From IMG/VR virus record IMGVR_UViG_3300023174_000065: DNA of 64,000 bases; one strand, written 5' to 3'. Positions 49,879-60,081 of this stretch are shown here, in pieces. The stretch is from a virus. Numbering within the stretch: position 1 is the stretch's first letter; the number at the start of each line of letters is the position of its first letter. The translations under genes were made by a program, and so were the position numbers. The notes under the pieces are model-generated. The model was not told where the DNA came from. It was given only the letters and a program-made list of their open reading frames with translations, and ran no database searches.

Positions 49879-52800
49879 TTAAGTACTTCCCTGGATATTA
49901 TTGTTCTGTATTAGTTTCACCAATGGACTCGGTGATTGTTTACTGCCAAGTGCGGATATTACAGTGGTATCTAGAGATGAATTTACAGGAGTTGATCCCA
50001 TTTGTAGAACTGATTTAATCGTTAGCGCGCCACTTTCTACCGAACCTAGTCCAACCGATGCTGGCATGACTCCTGATACAGCATTTTGTGCTCTAGATCC
50101 TACAGAATTAACAACTCCAACTGCTTCTCCGACTACATTATTGACTATACTATTTACTGTGCCTATATTATCTGATAATCCTTGAACTGCTCCAGAAATG
50201 TTATCAAGTCCTGATGAAAGACTTCCCACTGAGTTTGTAATTTTATTAATATCAGTAAGTGCAGGAAGATTGGTCAAATTATCTAATGTACCAGATATAC
50301 TACCAAATGAATTTATAATACTCTTGAGCGCAGGATCTGGCAAAGGTTTAGGTGCAGAAACACTGGGCTGAGCTGGTGGCAAATTTGGTATGTTATCCTT
50401 AGTGATGAATTTAAACATTAGACCTTTATTTCCTAACGTTCCAAAATCAACGTTATCAGGAATCAAACTAGAAATCTTTTTCAATTCACCTGTAATCTGA
50501 CTGCCAACTGGACCCAATAGACCGGATATTTTGGATGTATCTATTCTCAATGAGTCTGCAATTGCAAGTGGATCAGATAAACTAGAGTTGAATGCTTTAC
50601 TAATTGCATTCGTAACGTCTCCCACTGTATCATCAACCTTGCCAACCACATTGGATATACTTTTATTGACATCTGATACAATACTATTAGCTGAACCACC
50701 TGCCGCTGTTATCTGTGTAGCAACTGATGTTGCCAGTGCAGTGGAAGCATCGGTCTCATCTATACCTATAGTTCCACTAATCGACCTACTGACCGCTGCT
50801 ATTGCAGAAGCGGATGGATTGGGTGAAACAATAGTTGAATTAAATAATTCCGCCGACGCAGATATTTTTTTGTCAATGTTATCAATTCCACCACTTAGTT
50901 GGTTTGCCAATTCTCCAGCTTGGCCTGCAAGTCCTGAAAAATCGGATACCAAACTTTTGGAAAAATTTCCAACACTTCCAACTGCGTTAGAAAGTGCGGC
51001 TTCTGCATCGGTCGCAAAATTGATAAAGTTATCAACTGGATTTGGTAAACCTCTGGATAACATATTCAGTATTCCCAGGGAATCCGACCGAATTCCAGTA
51101 GCCTGAACATCTGCTGGCTTGGTATCTTCTGTTTTTTGTTCTCCAGGTAAAGGCGAACTTTTTATTAAATTAGGAGATGTTTCAGTTCCTCCAGAATCAA
51201 TTATTCCCTGAGAACGGTTTAATGTTAACAACTGAGTAAAAACTCCATTTTTAAAATTACTAGTTAAGCTCATTACTCTATATAAACCACTAAAAGGCAA
51301 CAATGGAGCAAATTCAACAAATCCTGAATTTGCTCCATCAATTGATATGTCAATTGGATTTCTAAAATTAATTTGTATAAAAAGATCTCCTTGCCTAACA
51401 GCCGCCTGTCCATCATTCGTAATCATAGTGGTTCCAGTCATACCATCATCCAGTATAACACCTTCATTTATCATTCCACCATTAATAAGAAAATAAGGAT
51501 CACCCAATATTTCTAACTCTCCTGTTATCATTGAAGTATTATTCAAGATTGATTCATGAAGAGTACGAGCCATAGACTGATATGAATCATTCAATATCTG
51601 GCCAGTATGATCTTTTGGCACACTATTAAGTTTTCGATCATATTGTATGGTAGCAGAAGGAGTTTTATCAACAGGACTAGATGTATCGTTATTAGACATA
51701 GTTGCTGTTGCACTAGCCGGTTGTGCTATCTTAACTGGATTAGTTCGAGTAGCAGAATTTGGAACAGCTGAAGAAGACGGTTTATTTCCTAATAATGGTG
51801 ACTGTGCATCATAGAATAAATTATCAAATTTTAGTTGAAATTTTATAATATCTGTATTTTTTCCGGTATAGATATATTGATATTCTCTTTTTATTTGACT
51901 AAGAACCTGAGAAGTATCGATCTTAGCCTGTGATAATCCAGGAATATTAGTATATAGCGTTCTATATGGCTGTAATATGTATCTGTATACATAATAATAA
52001 GTATTATTTTCAATATCAAAATCTTCAGAATACACGGTCTGAGATTCAATTGTAAAATAAGTGACGTTTTTATCTTCTCCATTTTTTGCAGCAATTAGTT
52101 GCTTTTGTAGTAAATTAATTCTAATATATTCACTAGATATTATAATTGAAGTAATACAATCACTTATTTGACTACCCGCACTGAATTGAAATGATGGTTT
52201 ACCTGGAGCAGGTGCTTTCTGAGTAGTAACTGGTGCACCAGTCGCCGTTTTAGCAGATCCACCTTCTGGCTTTGCTCCAACGTATCCACTTGTTTGAGAA
52301 GGTTCTGAAAATTTAAATAAGTTAGGATCTGATAATCCATTATTCATTTTTTCTTTAATTATTTCATTTTGATAATTATTTGATTCGCCATTAGATGATT
52401 TTACTCCTTCTCTTGGAGAATAAAGCATCGCATTGAGAATATCACTACGATCAGTGGTGCTTGCAAGCTTAGGACAAGAAATTTCATAAAAATCATGCTT
52501 TGCATTAATGTTATCTTTTGATATTTTTGCATTATTTTTTACTGATTCATTAACTTTCTTAAAAAAGTCACACAAGACTTCACCCACTGTATATCCCTCA
52601 ACAGAAAGATCAGTTAGTAACATACCAGCATTGCCAAATGAAATATTATTGAGTGGAAGGACCGAGCATCGATATTTTGTTCCTGATTCACTTACACCAA
52701 CTTCAATTTGTGAAAATTTAAAAATAAAATATCGAGTACTTTTTGGAATAATTTCCGATTTTAATTCATTAACTGGAATATCATCTTTATATCCGTTAAA

Positions 52801-53706
52801 TTCTACCTTCATTCCATACGGCGTATTTAGGTAACTATCAAATCCAGCAGCCCTTGATGACACTTGTAATGATTCTATAAATCCATTCATGCTATATGGT
52901 TCTGTTACAGTAAACTTCATAGTCATTACCTGAGTGGATCCTGCAGCCGCATTTCCCGAACCAATAATACTATCAAATTCCAAATCATCAATAAATAAAT
53001 CAAATCTTCCGGGACTTTTTCTATTATAATCATCAATCATTTGAGATACTTCTTCTGACGAACCATTTTTATCTACATTTTTCTGATTGCCTTTGCCTTT
53101 AGAAGTCAAAACAAGATATCGATTAATGGACTCATCTACTAACGTATAGTCAATAGTATCACTGACTGCTGCTACTGGCAAACATCCAATAGTGAAATTA
53201 TAATTCCATGAATTATACTGATTTAAAATATTGCTTTCAGTTGCAAGAACAAACCGTAGATTACTATCTGGATTATTAAACAATTTGTTAGGCGCAGCAT
53301 CTTTAGCAGTTTTACGTGATGCCGTACCGCGATCGGCCGCTCCAGAAGATCCACGTTGAAACTCATAATGTACGGCATCATTCTTAACATTTTTCCAAAT
53401 AATTCCATATTTTTTTAATATATCTTTGGCTACCGGATCTCCGCCTTGTTGAATATCTACTGCAAGGCCGCGCGGATGTTTGGATACATCGGGATCCACT
53501 GCTTTAGGTCCCGCGTTTCTTTGCTCCTCACGAGTTCGATAAGAGGAATTGATTTGAAGCTTCTTACCAGTCTTTTTTAAATACTCTTGTCCTGCATTAA
53601 GTAGTGCATTTTGAAAATCCTGTGGCAGTTGTCTAAAATGAGCCTCATCGCCCGTTGGGAATTTTGTATAAAAATTTAACACATCACTTGGACTAATTGA
53701 TGGCAT
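49879..53706 (-). CDS. Baseplate hub-like protein with N-terminal M15 (LAS) peptidase
   Basis: INSSYRTREEQ, SKHPRGLAVDI, DAVHYE; later LEILGDPYFL and FSGLYRV..FKNGVFTQ hub motifs; Ser/Ala-rich tail. Confidence 0.75.
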   Translation of the reverse strand: MPSISPSDVLNFYTKFPTGDEAHFRQLPQDFQNALLNAGQEYLKKTGKKLQINSSYRTREEQRNAGPKAVDPDVSKHPRGLAVDIQQGGDPVAKDILKKYGIIWKNVKNDAVHYEFQRGSSGAADRGTASRKTAKDAAPNKLFNNPDSNLRFVLATESNILNQYNSWNYNFTIGCLPVAAVSDTIDYTLVDESINRYLVLTSKGKGNQKNVDKNGSSEEVSQMIDDYNRKSPGRFDLFIDDLEFDSIIGSGNAAAGSTQVMTMKFTVTEPYSMNGFIESLQVSSRAAGFDSYLNTPYGMKVEFNGYKDDIPVNELKSEIIPKSTRYFIFKFSQIEVGVSESGTKYRCSVLPLNNISFGNAGMLLTDLSVEGYTVGEVLCDFFKKVNESVKNNAKISKDNINAKHDFYEISCPKLASTTDRSDILNAMLYSPREGVKSSNGESNNYQNEIIKEKMNNGLSDPNLFKFSEPSQTSGYVGAKPEGGSAKTATGAPVTTQKAPAPGKPSFQFSAGSQISDCITSIIISSEYIRINLLQKQLIAAKNGEDKNVTYFTIESQTVYSEDFDIENNTYYYVYRYILQPYRTLYTNIPGLSQAKIDTSQVLSQIKREYQYIYTGKNTDIIKFQLKFDNLFYDAQSPLLGNKPSSSAVPNSATRTNPVKIAQPASATATMSNNDTSSPVDKTPSATIQYDRKLNSVPKDHTGQILNDSYQSMARTLHESILNNTSMITGELEILGDPYFLINGGMINEGVILDDGMTGTTMITNDGQAAVRQGDLFIQINFRNPIDISIDGANSGFVEFAPLLPFSGLYRVMSLTSNFKNGVFTQLLTLNRSQGIIDSGGTETSPNLIKSSPLPGEQKTEDTKPADVQATGIRSDSLGILNMLSRGLPNPVDNFINFATDAEAALSNAVGSVGNFSKSLVSDFSGLAGQAGELANQLSGGIDNIDKKISASAELFNSTIVSPNPSASAIAAVSRSISGTIGIDETDASTALATSVATQITAAGGSANSIVSDVNKSISNVVGKVDDTVGDVTNAISKAFNSSLSDPLAIADSLRIDTSKISGLLGPVGSQITGELKKISSLIPDNVDFGTLGNKGLMFKFITKDNIPNLPPAQPSVSAPKPLPDPALKSIINSFGSISGTLDNLTNLPALTDINKITNSVGSLSSGLDNISGAVQGLSDNIGTVNSIVNNVVGEAVGVVNSVGSRAQNAVSGVMPASVGLGSVESGALTIKSVLQMGSTPVNSSLDTTVISALGSKQSPSPLVKLIQNNNIQGST

Positions 53707-53707
53707 A

Positions 53708-54007
53708 TTAAATTCCCAAAGCTCTGTTTATAGCATCTTTTCTAGGAATAAAGATAGTCTGACCAGGAACAAAGTCAAAAATTGAATCTTTAATTACATC
53801 TTTATTCCTAACGGCAAATACCCACCAAAGTTGCGGATCGCCATACACATCTGATGCGAGTAAATCAGGCCTATACAGATGTCTACTAGTCAAGGTATAC
53901 TGAGAGTCACTTGCCAATGCAGGAATATCAATGAAATTTAAAATATCAAGAATTCCGCCATTTATAGGAGTTCTATAGTATGGACTTGATTTGTTATATC
54001 CCGACAT
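53708..54007 (-). CDS. Baseplate wedge gp53-like / LysM-like protein
   Basis: Likely ATG at 54007 (MSGYNK); YRPDLLASDVYGDPQLWWVF...GQTIFIP. Confidence 0.8.
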   Translation of the reverse strand: MSGYNKSSPYYRTPINGGILDILNFIDIPALASDSQYTLTSRHLYRPDLLASDVYGDPQLWWVFAVRNKDVIKDSIFDFVPGQTIFIPRKDAINRALGI

Positions 54008-54936
54008 TAGATCAATCCTTTGCCAATAAATGAGCCGGTTAACCAATCAGGAATATTATGATTAAGCATTTCTCGTCTACTATACATTATGTTCATATCA
54101 ATTGTAATATTACTAGCTATAGGTACCATGGATGCAAGAGGTGTTCCTCTTCCTATTGTTACATAATCAACGTCATTGGGCAACTCATGTTTCCATGAAG
54201 TTATTGCCACAGGTACATTATACATCATATATTGTCCATATGCATAAAATCTACATACAGGCGGCGGACTACCTGCTTGATCATCTGCACCAAAACGCAT
54301 TTTAGTCAATGCTCTAAGTAAATGAATTACAGATAATAATACCTTGCCGTCCTGTTCATTCTGGACTGTGAATTTAGCAGTCATATTAATTGGACCCACT
54401 GAACTATTTTTATAAAAATACTGTGAGAAATTTGAATGTAGTGGAGTTTGTTGCGCATATTCTGCTTTATTATCAACACTGATAGTAGGAGTATAAGGAA
54501 ATAATATGCCTCCATTATTTGTCAAAATGTTATTTGGACCAGCACTTGGAGTTCCAGGTTGTATGTATTCGCCTGGAACTTTTAATCTAACACGTAAATC
54601 TTTACCGGCAGTAGGATCGGCATTCACAGTTATTCCTTCTGCTGCTACTAATGCTGCATAGTTCTTCTGTACTTGAGTGTCCAAGGACGCGGCAAGTGCT
54701 GGCAAGTCTAGTTTCGGGCTATTAATTGATGCAGTAATATTAGCATTGTAGGCAGCGATCTGGGCTTCCACTGAAGCATCCTTCGACCCAAATGTTATAG
54801 GTGGCAAAATTGGATTAGTAAGTTTACTATTACCCACAACATTAAAATCAGCAGAGCTTGGATCCGGAAATAGCGATGCTGCATTAAAGTCTGGTCTAGT
54901 GGGGTTAGTTGCAAAATTAGGTGGATTACTTGCCAT
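54007..54936 (-). CDS. Baseplate/tail-tube initiator-like structural protein
   Basis: GILFPYTP, HSNF, GSPPPVC...YG..M.NVPV; first gene of the late operon, with TAAATA (54955-54960) and GAGGA RBS. Confidence 0.65.
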   Translation of the reverse strand: MASNPPNFATNPTRPDFNAASLFPDPSSADFNVVGNSKLTNPILPPITFGSKDASVEAQIAAYNANITASINSPKLDLPALAASLDTQVQKNYAALVAAEGITVNADPTAGKDLRVRLKVPGEYIQPGTPSAGPNNILTNNGGILFPYTPTISVDNKAEYAQQTPLHSNFSQYFYKNSSVGPINMTAKFTVQNEQDGKVLLSVIHLLRALTKMRFGADDQAGSPPPVCRFYAYGQYMMYNVPVAITSWKHELPNDVDYVTIGRGTPLASMVPIASNITIDMNIMYSRREMLNHNIPDWLTGSFIGKGLI

Positions 54937-54992
54937 TTATTTTTCCTCGCAGTCTATTTACTCGATTAAATAATGTACATACTTAATAATTA

Positions 54993-55021
54993 TTGCTTTT
55001 TTCACGGTAATCAGTTATAAT
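54993..55021 (+). promoter_or_regulatory. sigma70-type promoter for the late sigma gene
   Basis: TTGCTT-17 bp-TATAAT. Confidence 0.7.
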
Positions 55022-55045
55022 ATCTGGATAAGGAGAGCATGTAAA

Positions 55046-55954
55046 ATGCCTAGATCACCAACACCAACGCCACCAGGAAGAAAACAAAAATATCTAAACA
55101 ATAAAGAATTGTTATCAGAAATTCACAAGAGTAAAAACAGCTTCAGTAGCTATATATCTCCAGAATGTTCACAATATGATCTAATTCTACCTGATTTAGA
55201 TAAAATTAACATCAGAACTATAGCTGATGCAAAGCGAAATCGAGCAAAAAGAATTGGAATATTAGCTTTGCAAGAAGCAAAACTTGCAGGAATTAAGAAT
55301 ATTAAAATTGCCGACACTACTCCTGACTATAAAACGATTAAAAAAACCGACGTTATATTCAGAATAATGACATATGATCATATTCCACTTGCTCCGGGTA
55401 GAAAAAAGACTACAAAAACAACTGCCGACAGTCACGCAAAGCTAAATTTTCCACCATATCAACATTGGAAATTTGACGAAGAAGGAAATCTAATATGTGT
55501 AGGCAAGAGTCATTGGAAAGACGGAATTCATAACGGTCATTTTAGTTGTGACCATGGAAGAATCACTGAAAATCTTGGTCAAATGTTTATTAAGCTATCA
55601 GAAAGATATGCACAAAGACCAAACTGGCGAGGATATACTTACATCGATGAGATGAAGGGACAAGCTCTTTTACAACTGAGCTATATTGGATTAAAATTTG
55701 ATGAATCAAAATCTGAAAATCCTTTTGCGTATTATACGGCGGCAGTGACAAACTCTTTTACAAGAGTATTTAATCTAGAAAAGCAATCTCAGAACATCCG
55801 CGATGATATTCTTGAAGAGCACGGATTAACTCCAAGTATGACACGACAGCTTAGTCAGGAATTTTCAGGAGAAGTTTCTAGACAAGCAATTCTTTATAAA
55901 TCGCACCGTATGAAGAAATCAAAAGAATCCGATGTTGAAGACGGTGAACAATAA
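55046..55954 (+). CDS. gp55: Late-transcription sigma factor (T4 gp55-like)
   Basis: YLNNKELL; RPNWRGYTYIDEM; FDESKSENPFAYYT; adjacent to gp47/gp46. Confidence 0.9.
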   Translation: MPRSPTPTPPGRKQKYLNNKELLSEIHKSKNSFSSYISPECSQYDLILPDLDKINIRTIADAKRNRAKRIGILALQEAKLAGIKNIKIADTTPDYKTIKKTDVIFRIMTYDHIPLAPGRKKTTKTTADSHAKLNFPPYQHWKFDEEGNLICVGKSHWKDGIHNGHFSCDHGRITENLGQMFIKLSERYAQRPNWRGYTYIDEMKGQALLQLSYIGLKFDESKSENPFAYYTAAVTNSFTRVFNLEKQSQNIRDDILEEHGLTPSMTRQLSQEFSGEVSRQAILYKSHRMKKSKESDVEDGEQ

Positions 55955-55983
55955 TTGACTTCTTGCCTATATACATATATAAT
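55955..55983 (+). promoter_or_regulatory. sigma70-type promoter
   Basis: TTGACT-17 bp-TATAAT. Confidence 0.8.
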
Positions 55984-56011
55984 ATAGAAAAATAGGATAA
56001 TAATAACAAAA

Positions 56012-57025
56012 ATGGCATTATTCAAAAAAGTAGCCGCCTTCACCGATATTCATTTTGGTCTAAAGTCAAATTCATCGACACACAACAAAGATTGTGAAGA
56101 TTTTGTTGACTGGTTTATAATGGAAGCTCAAAAAGCAGGCGCAGAAACCTGCATATTTTTAGGTGATTGGCATCATCATCGTAATTCCATTAACTTGACA
56201 ACATTGGATTCAAGTTTGCGATGTTTAGAAAAACTAGGAGCTGCGTTTGAGCAGTTTTTTTGGTTTCCCGGCAATCACGACTTATTTTATAGAGATAAAC
56301 GAGACATTCATTCCAGTGCATTTGGTAAACATATTCCCGGAGTAACTGTTATAGATAAAGTTACCACAATAGGAGATGTTACACTAGTTCCATGGCTAGT
56401 AGGAAACGAATGGAAAACTGTTCCTAAGATTAAAAGCAAATATATGTTTGGTCATTTTGAATTACCATTGTTTTATATGAACGCAATGGTACAAATGCCA
56501 GATCATGGTGAATTACAGGTTGCACACTTCCAGCATCAAGATTATGTATTCTCTGGACACTTCCATAAAAGACAAAATCGAGATAAAATCTGGTATATTG
56601 GAAATACATTTCCACACAACTTTGCGGACACATGGGATGATGATCGAGGAATGATGTTACTCGATTGGGATGGAGAACCCGAGTTCAAAATATGGCCAGA
56701 TGCTCCAAAATTCAGAACATTAAAACTCAGCGAACTCATCGATAAAAAAGATGAGATTATGAAGGGCAAAATGTATCTAAAGGTAAATCTTGATATTGAT
56801 ATTAGCTATGAGGAAGCAAACTTTCTCAAGGAAACCTTTATCAGTGAGTATGATATTCGAGAAATTAGTCTTATTCAAGAAAAGATCAGTTTAGATGCCA
56901 CTACTGACGATGATCCTGATGTAGCTTTTGAATCTGTAGATCATATAGTTACAAATCAGTTAGTAAACATTGATTCTGAATCATTTGATAAACAAATACT
57001 CTTAAAAATCTACCAGGAACTATAA
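56012..57025 (+). CDS. gp47: Mre11/SbcD-like recombination nuclease
   Basis: TDIHFG, LGDWHH, GNHD, GHFE, SGHFH phosphoesterase motifs. Confidence 0.93.
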   Translation: MALFKKVAAFTDIHFGLKSNSSTHNKDCEDFVDWFIMEAQKAGAETCIFLGDWHHHRNSINLTTLDSSLRCLEKLGAAFEQFFWFPGNHDLFYRDKRDIHSSAFGKHIPGVTVIDKVTTIGDVTLVPWLVGNEWKTVPKIKSKYMFGHFELPLFYMNAMVQMPDHGELQVAHFQHQDYVFSGHFHKRQNRDKIWYIGNTFPHNFADTWDDDRGMMLLDWDGEPEFKIWPDAPKFRTLKLSELIDKKDEIMKGKMYLKVNLDIDISYEEANFLKETFISEYDIREISLIQEKISLDATTDDDPDVAFESVDHIVTNQLVNIDSESFDKQILLKIYQEL

Positions 57026-58821
57026 TGTCGTTTTTAATTAAGAACATAACCGTAAAAAATTTCATGTCGATAGGTAATCAAACACAGGCAGTTGATTTTG
57101 ACAAAGAATCATTGACACTAGTAATTGGCGAAAACTTAGATCTTGGCGGAGATGACTCTGGATCTAGAAATGGAACAGGAAAAACCACAATGGTTAATGC
57201 ACTGAGTTATGCTCTGTATGGCCAGGCGCTCAGTAGTATTAAAAAAGAAAACCTAATCAACAAAATAAACGGCAAACATATGTTGGTAACGGTTGAATTT
57301 GAATCCAAAGGCAATCATTACAGAATTGAACGCGGAAGAAAGCCTAATATCCTAAAGTTATACGTCAACAACCAAGAACAAAAATCAAAAGATAATAACG
57401 ACGATGACGCACAAGGTGATAATCGAGAGACTCAGAAATCTATAGAACATTTAATAGGAATGAGTCACACGATGTTCAAGCACTTAGTTGCGTTGAATAC
57501 TTACACAGAACCATTTCTATCAATGGGAGCAGGCGCTCAACGAGAAGTAATTGAGCAGCTATTAGGAATCACGGCACTGAGCGAAAAGGCCGAGAATTTA
57601 AAAAATTCTATAAAGATAACAAAAGATAACATTCAATCAGAGACCTATAAGATTGATGGCATCAAAAAAGCAAACGAAAATATTCAAAAAAGCATAGATA
57701 GTTTGATATTGAAAAGCAACGTCTGGGAAAAAAAGCGAGAGGCTGACCTTGAAAGTTATGGAAAGGCAATTCTTGAACTTCAGGATGTTGATATTGAGGT
57801 AGAATTAAAAACACACGCGATTATTAAAGAATTAGAAACTAAGATTTCTCGTTCGAGGGAATTGAATGTACAAAAAACCACATTACAATCAGCACTTGCA
57901 CAGAATGAAAAGATAACAAGCAAATATCTAGCACAAATAACGTCACTGGATGTAGATAAAAAATGTCCTAGCTGTGACCAGACTCTTCAAGATCACAAAC
58001 ATGAAGAAATGCTTGCACAGCTAGAAACAGAGTTGGCGGAGGCATCAGAGTATTCCACTAAAGTAGGAAATGATCTATTATTAGTAGTAAACGAATTGGA
58101 AACAATTGGCAAACTGCCGGTAATGCCAACAACATTCTATGATACCGAAGCAGAAGCACTTGGTCATAAAAACAATCTAGCATCTCTAGAAAAAACATTT
58201 GAAGATCGTTTGATAGAATATAATCCGTATGTTGAACAAATTGATGATTTAAAAGAAACTGCATTACAGGAAATTGACTGGACAACTGTTAATGAACTGT
58301 CAAAATACAGAGATCATCAGGAATTTCTACACAAGCTATTGACTAATAAGGATTCATTCGTCAGAAAGAAAATTATCAATCAAAATCTAAGTTATTTAAA
58401 TAAGAGACTCAGTTATTATATTGATCAACTGGGTTTACCACATCTTGTGGTTTTTCAGAATGATTTGACCGTGGAAATTACACAACTAGGACAAGATTTA
58501 GACTTTGATAACCTAAGTAGAGGCGAAAGAAACCGTTTAATCTTAAGTATGAGTTTTGCTTTCAGAGATGTTTGGGAAAATCTATACCAACATATTAATC
58601 TCTTGTTTATTGATGAGTTGATTGACAGTGGAATGGACACTGCTGGAGTGGAAGCAGGCCTAGGAGTTCTTAAGAAAATGGCAAGAGAACGAAGTAAAAA
58701 TATATTTCTTATTAGTCACAAAGAAGAGTTAATAGGCAGAGTAGGAAATGTATTGAGAGTAATCAAAGAATCTGGATTTACCTCGTATGCTTCAAATTCA
58801 GAACCTGTAGAAGCGGCATGA
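57025..58821 (+). CDS. gp46: Rad50/SbcC-like recombination ATPase
   Basis: KNFMSIG, NGTGKTT Walker A, CPSC zinc hook, LSRGE signature, LFIDE Walker B, ISH. Confidence 0.95.
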   Translation: MSFLIKNITVKNFMSIGNQTQAVDFDKESLTLVIGENLDLGGDDSGSRNGTGKTTMVNALSYALYGQALSSIKKENLINKINGKHMLVTVEFESKGNHYRIERGRKPNILKLYVNNQEQKSKDNNDDDAQGDNRETQKSIEHLIGMSHTMFKHLVALNTYTEPFLSMGAGAQREVIEQLLGITALSEKAENLKNSIKITKDNIQSETYKIDGIKKANENIQKSIDSLILKSNVWEKKREADLESYGKAILELQDVDIEVELKTHAIIKELETKISRSRELNVQKTTLQSALAQNEKITSKYLAQITSLDVDKKCPSCDQTLQDHKHEEMLAQLETELAEASEYSTKVGNDLLLVVNELETIGKLPVMPTTFYDTEAEALGHKNNLASLEKTFEDRLIEYNPYVEQIDDLKETALQEIDWTTVNELSKYRDHQEFLHKLLTNKDSFVRKKIINQNLSYLNKRLSYYIDQLGLPHLVVFQNDLTVEITQLGQDLDFDNLSRGERNRLILSMSFAFRDVWENLYQHINLLFIDELIDSGMDTAGVEAGLGVLKKMARERSKNIFLISHKEELIGRVGNVLRVIKESGFTSYASNSEPVEAA

Positions 58822-59111
58822 GCGAAGAACTAAACAAGTATGAAAAGAAACATGAAGAACACACAAAGTATATAGAAAATTATAGTAATTTTGTAGATAC
58901 TTTGGTAGAATTTCAAAGTTTACACGTGGACTATATGCAAAAACAGAGTCTCCGAAAAAAGGCTGCTCTAAAAAAAGTACTAAAAAGATTGAGATTTATT
59001 ATTAAGGAAATGGAAACATCTTCTCTACGCAGAAAATACGAGAGTAGAAAAAATCAACTCCTAATAGATTCTCAAGAAATAATAAACAACAAGGAAGAAA
59101 CAAATGAATAA
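58818..59111 (+). CDS. Hypothetical basic helical protein
   Basis: 97 aa, ATGA-coupled to gp46. Confidence 0.6.
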   Translation: MSEELNKYEKKHEEHTKYIENYSNFVDTLVEFQSLHVDYMQKQSLRKKAALKKVLKRLRFIIKEMETSSLRRKYESRKNQLLIDSQEIINNKEETNE

Positions 59112-59298
59112 CACATCTGAACTAATTAAATCAACAGTCGATACATTTTTGGCTGAAAACACAAAGTTTGAAGAGGGAAATGCAGCAGCAGGAACTCGTG
59201 CCAGAAAGGCACTAGCTGACCTCAGTAAACTTATCAAGTCTCGCCGAGGCGAAATTACCGAAACAAAAAATTCACGCAAGGAAGCAAAGGCTTCATAA
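59104..59298 (+). CDS. Histone H1-like Hc1-family nucleoid protein
   Basis: KFEEGNAAAGTRARKALADLSKLIKSRR matches the Hc1 core pattern. Confidence 0.7.
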   Translation: MNNTSELIKSTVDTFLAENTKFEEGNAAAGTRARKALADLSKLIKSRRGEITETKNSRKEAKAS

Positions 59299-59300
59299 GT

Positions 59301-59732
59301 GTGAATTGGTACTATAAAGATAATATAGTATCTGAAATACCAGAGGACGTGATTGGATTTGTATATCTTATCACAAACACGTCCTCCGGACGCATGTACA
59401 TTGGAAAAAAGCTGTTTCACTTTAGTAAAACCACATATAAAATGGTAAAACTAAAAAATGGCACAAAAAAACGTAAAAGAATTCGAGGCAAAGTCGAAAG
59501 TGATTGGCAAGATTATTATGGATCAAGTGACAATTTAAAAGTTGACATTGACTTATTAGGTAAAGATAAATTCAAACGAGAGATTCTATACTACTGCAAG
59601 AGTAAATCGGAATGCAGCTACATTGAAGCAAAAGAACAATTTTCTCGCAAGGTATTAGAATCCGATGATTATTATAATGGACATGTACAAGTTAGAGTAC
59701 ATAAAAAACATATAAATGGTAAAATTAGTTAA
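59301..59732 (+). CDS. Small GIY-YIG endonuclease
   Basis: IGFVYLITNTSSGRMYIGKK; ESDWQDYYGSS; FKREIL; YYNG; catalytic domain only, 143 aa. Confidence 0.85.
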   Translation: MNWYYKDNIVSEIPEDVIGFVYLITNTSSGRMYIGKKLFHFSKTTYKMVKLKNGTKKRKRIRGKVESDWQDYYGSSDNLKVDIDLLGKDKFKREILYYCKSKSECSYIEAKEQFSRKVLESDDYYNGHVQVRVHKKHINGKIS

Positions 59733-59737
59733 TTTTC

Positions 59738-59766
59738 TTGACTTTTATACTCATATAAATTATAAT
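59738..59766 (+). promoter_or_regulatory. sigma70-type promoter
   Basis: TTGACT-17 bp-TATAAT, 8 nt before ATG 59775. Confidence 0.8.
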
Positions 59767-59774
59767 TACACATT

Positions 59775-60017
59775 ATGGCAAAATTAAAATGGAACCGCAT
59801 TGCAGAAAAATCGCTAATACGCAGACATGGTCATAAAATAGTACAATCTGAATATACGCAAAAAGTTCAAAAAAACAAAAATTATATAAATCTAGGCATT
59901 CACGAAAAACACAACTGGCAACCACTCAAAGGACCGTTTGGTCCACACTCAGGCAAAATAATTTGTAAGACATGTAATGATAAATGGATTACATGGCTTC
60001 CTAAAGGCTCCATCTAA
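59775..60017 (+). CDS. Small basic protein with putative Zn-binding site
   Basis: 80 aa; HEKH...PHSGKIICKTCNDKWITWL. Confidence 0.65.
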   Translation: MAKLKWNRIAEKSLIRRHGHKIVQSEYTQKVQKNKNYINLGIHEKHNWQPLKGPFGPHSGKIICKTCNDKWITWLPKGSI

Positions 60018-60081
60018 GGCACATCTCGCAAGTAATCGATAATACGGATTGCATTGCAATAGGCACAACAAATCGTAACAC

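Noticed and set aside
21855-53408. Numerous short ORFs antisense to or nested in the tail and baseplate genes
   Set aside because: Shadow frames of Thr/Ser/Asn-rich genes; no RBS, promoters or recognisable motifs
59301-59732. Second mobile homing endonuclease insertion
   Set aside because: Catalytic domain only, co-oriented within the operon, with no duplicated target or DNA-binding repeats; more likely a resident nuclease
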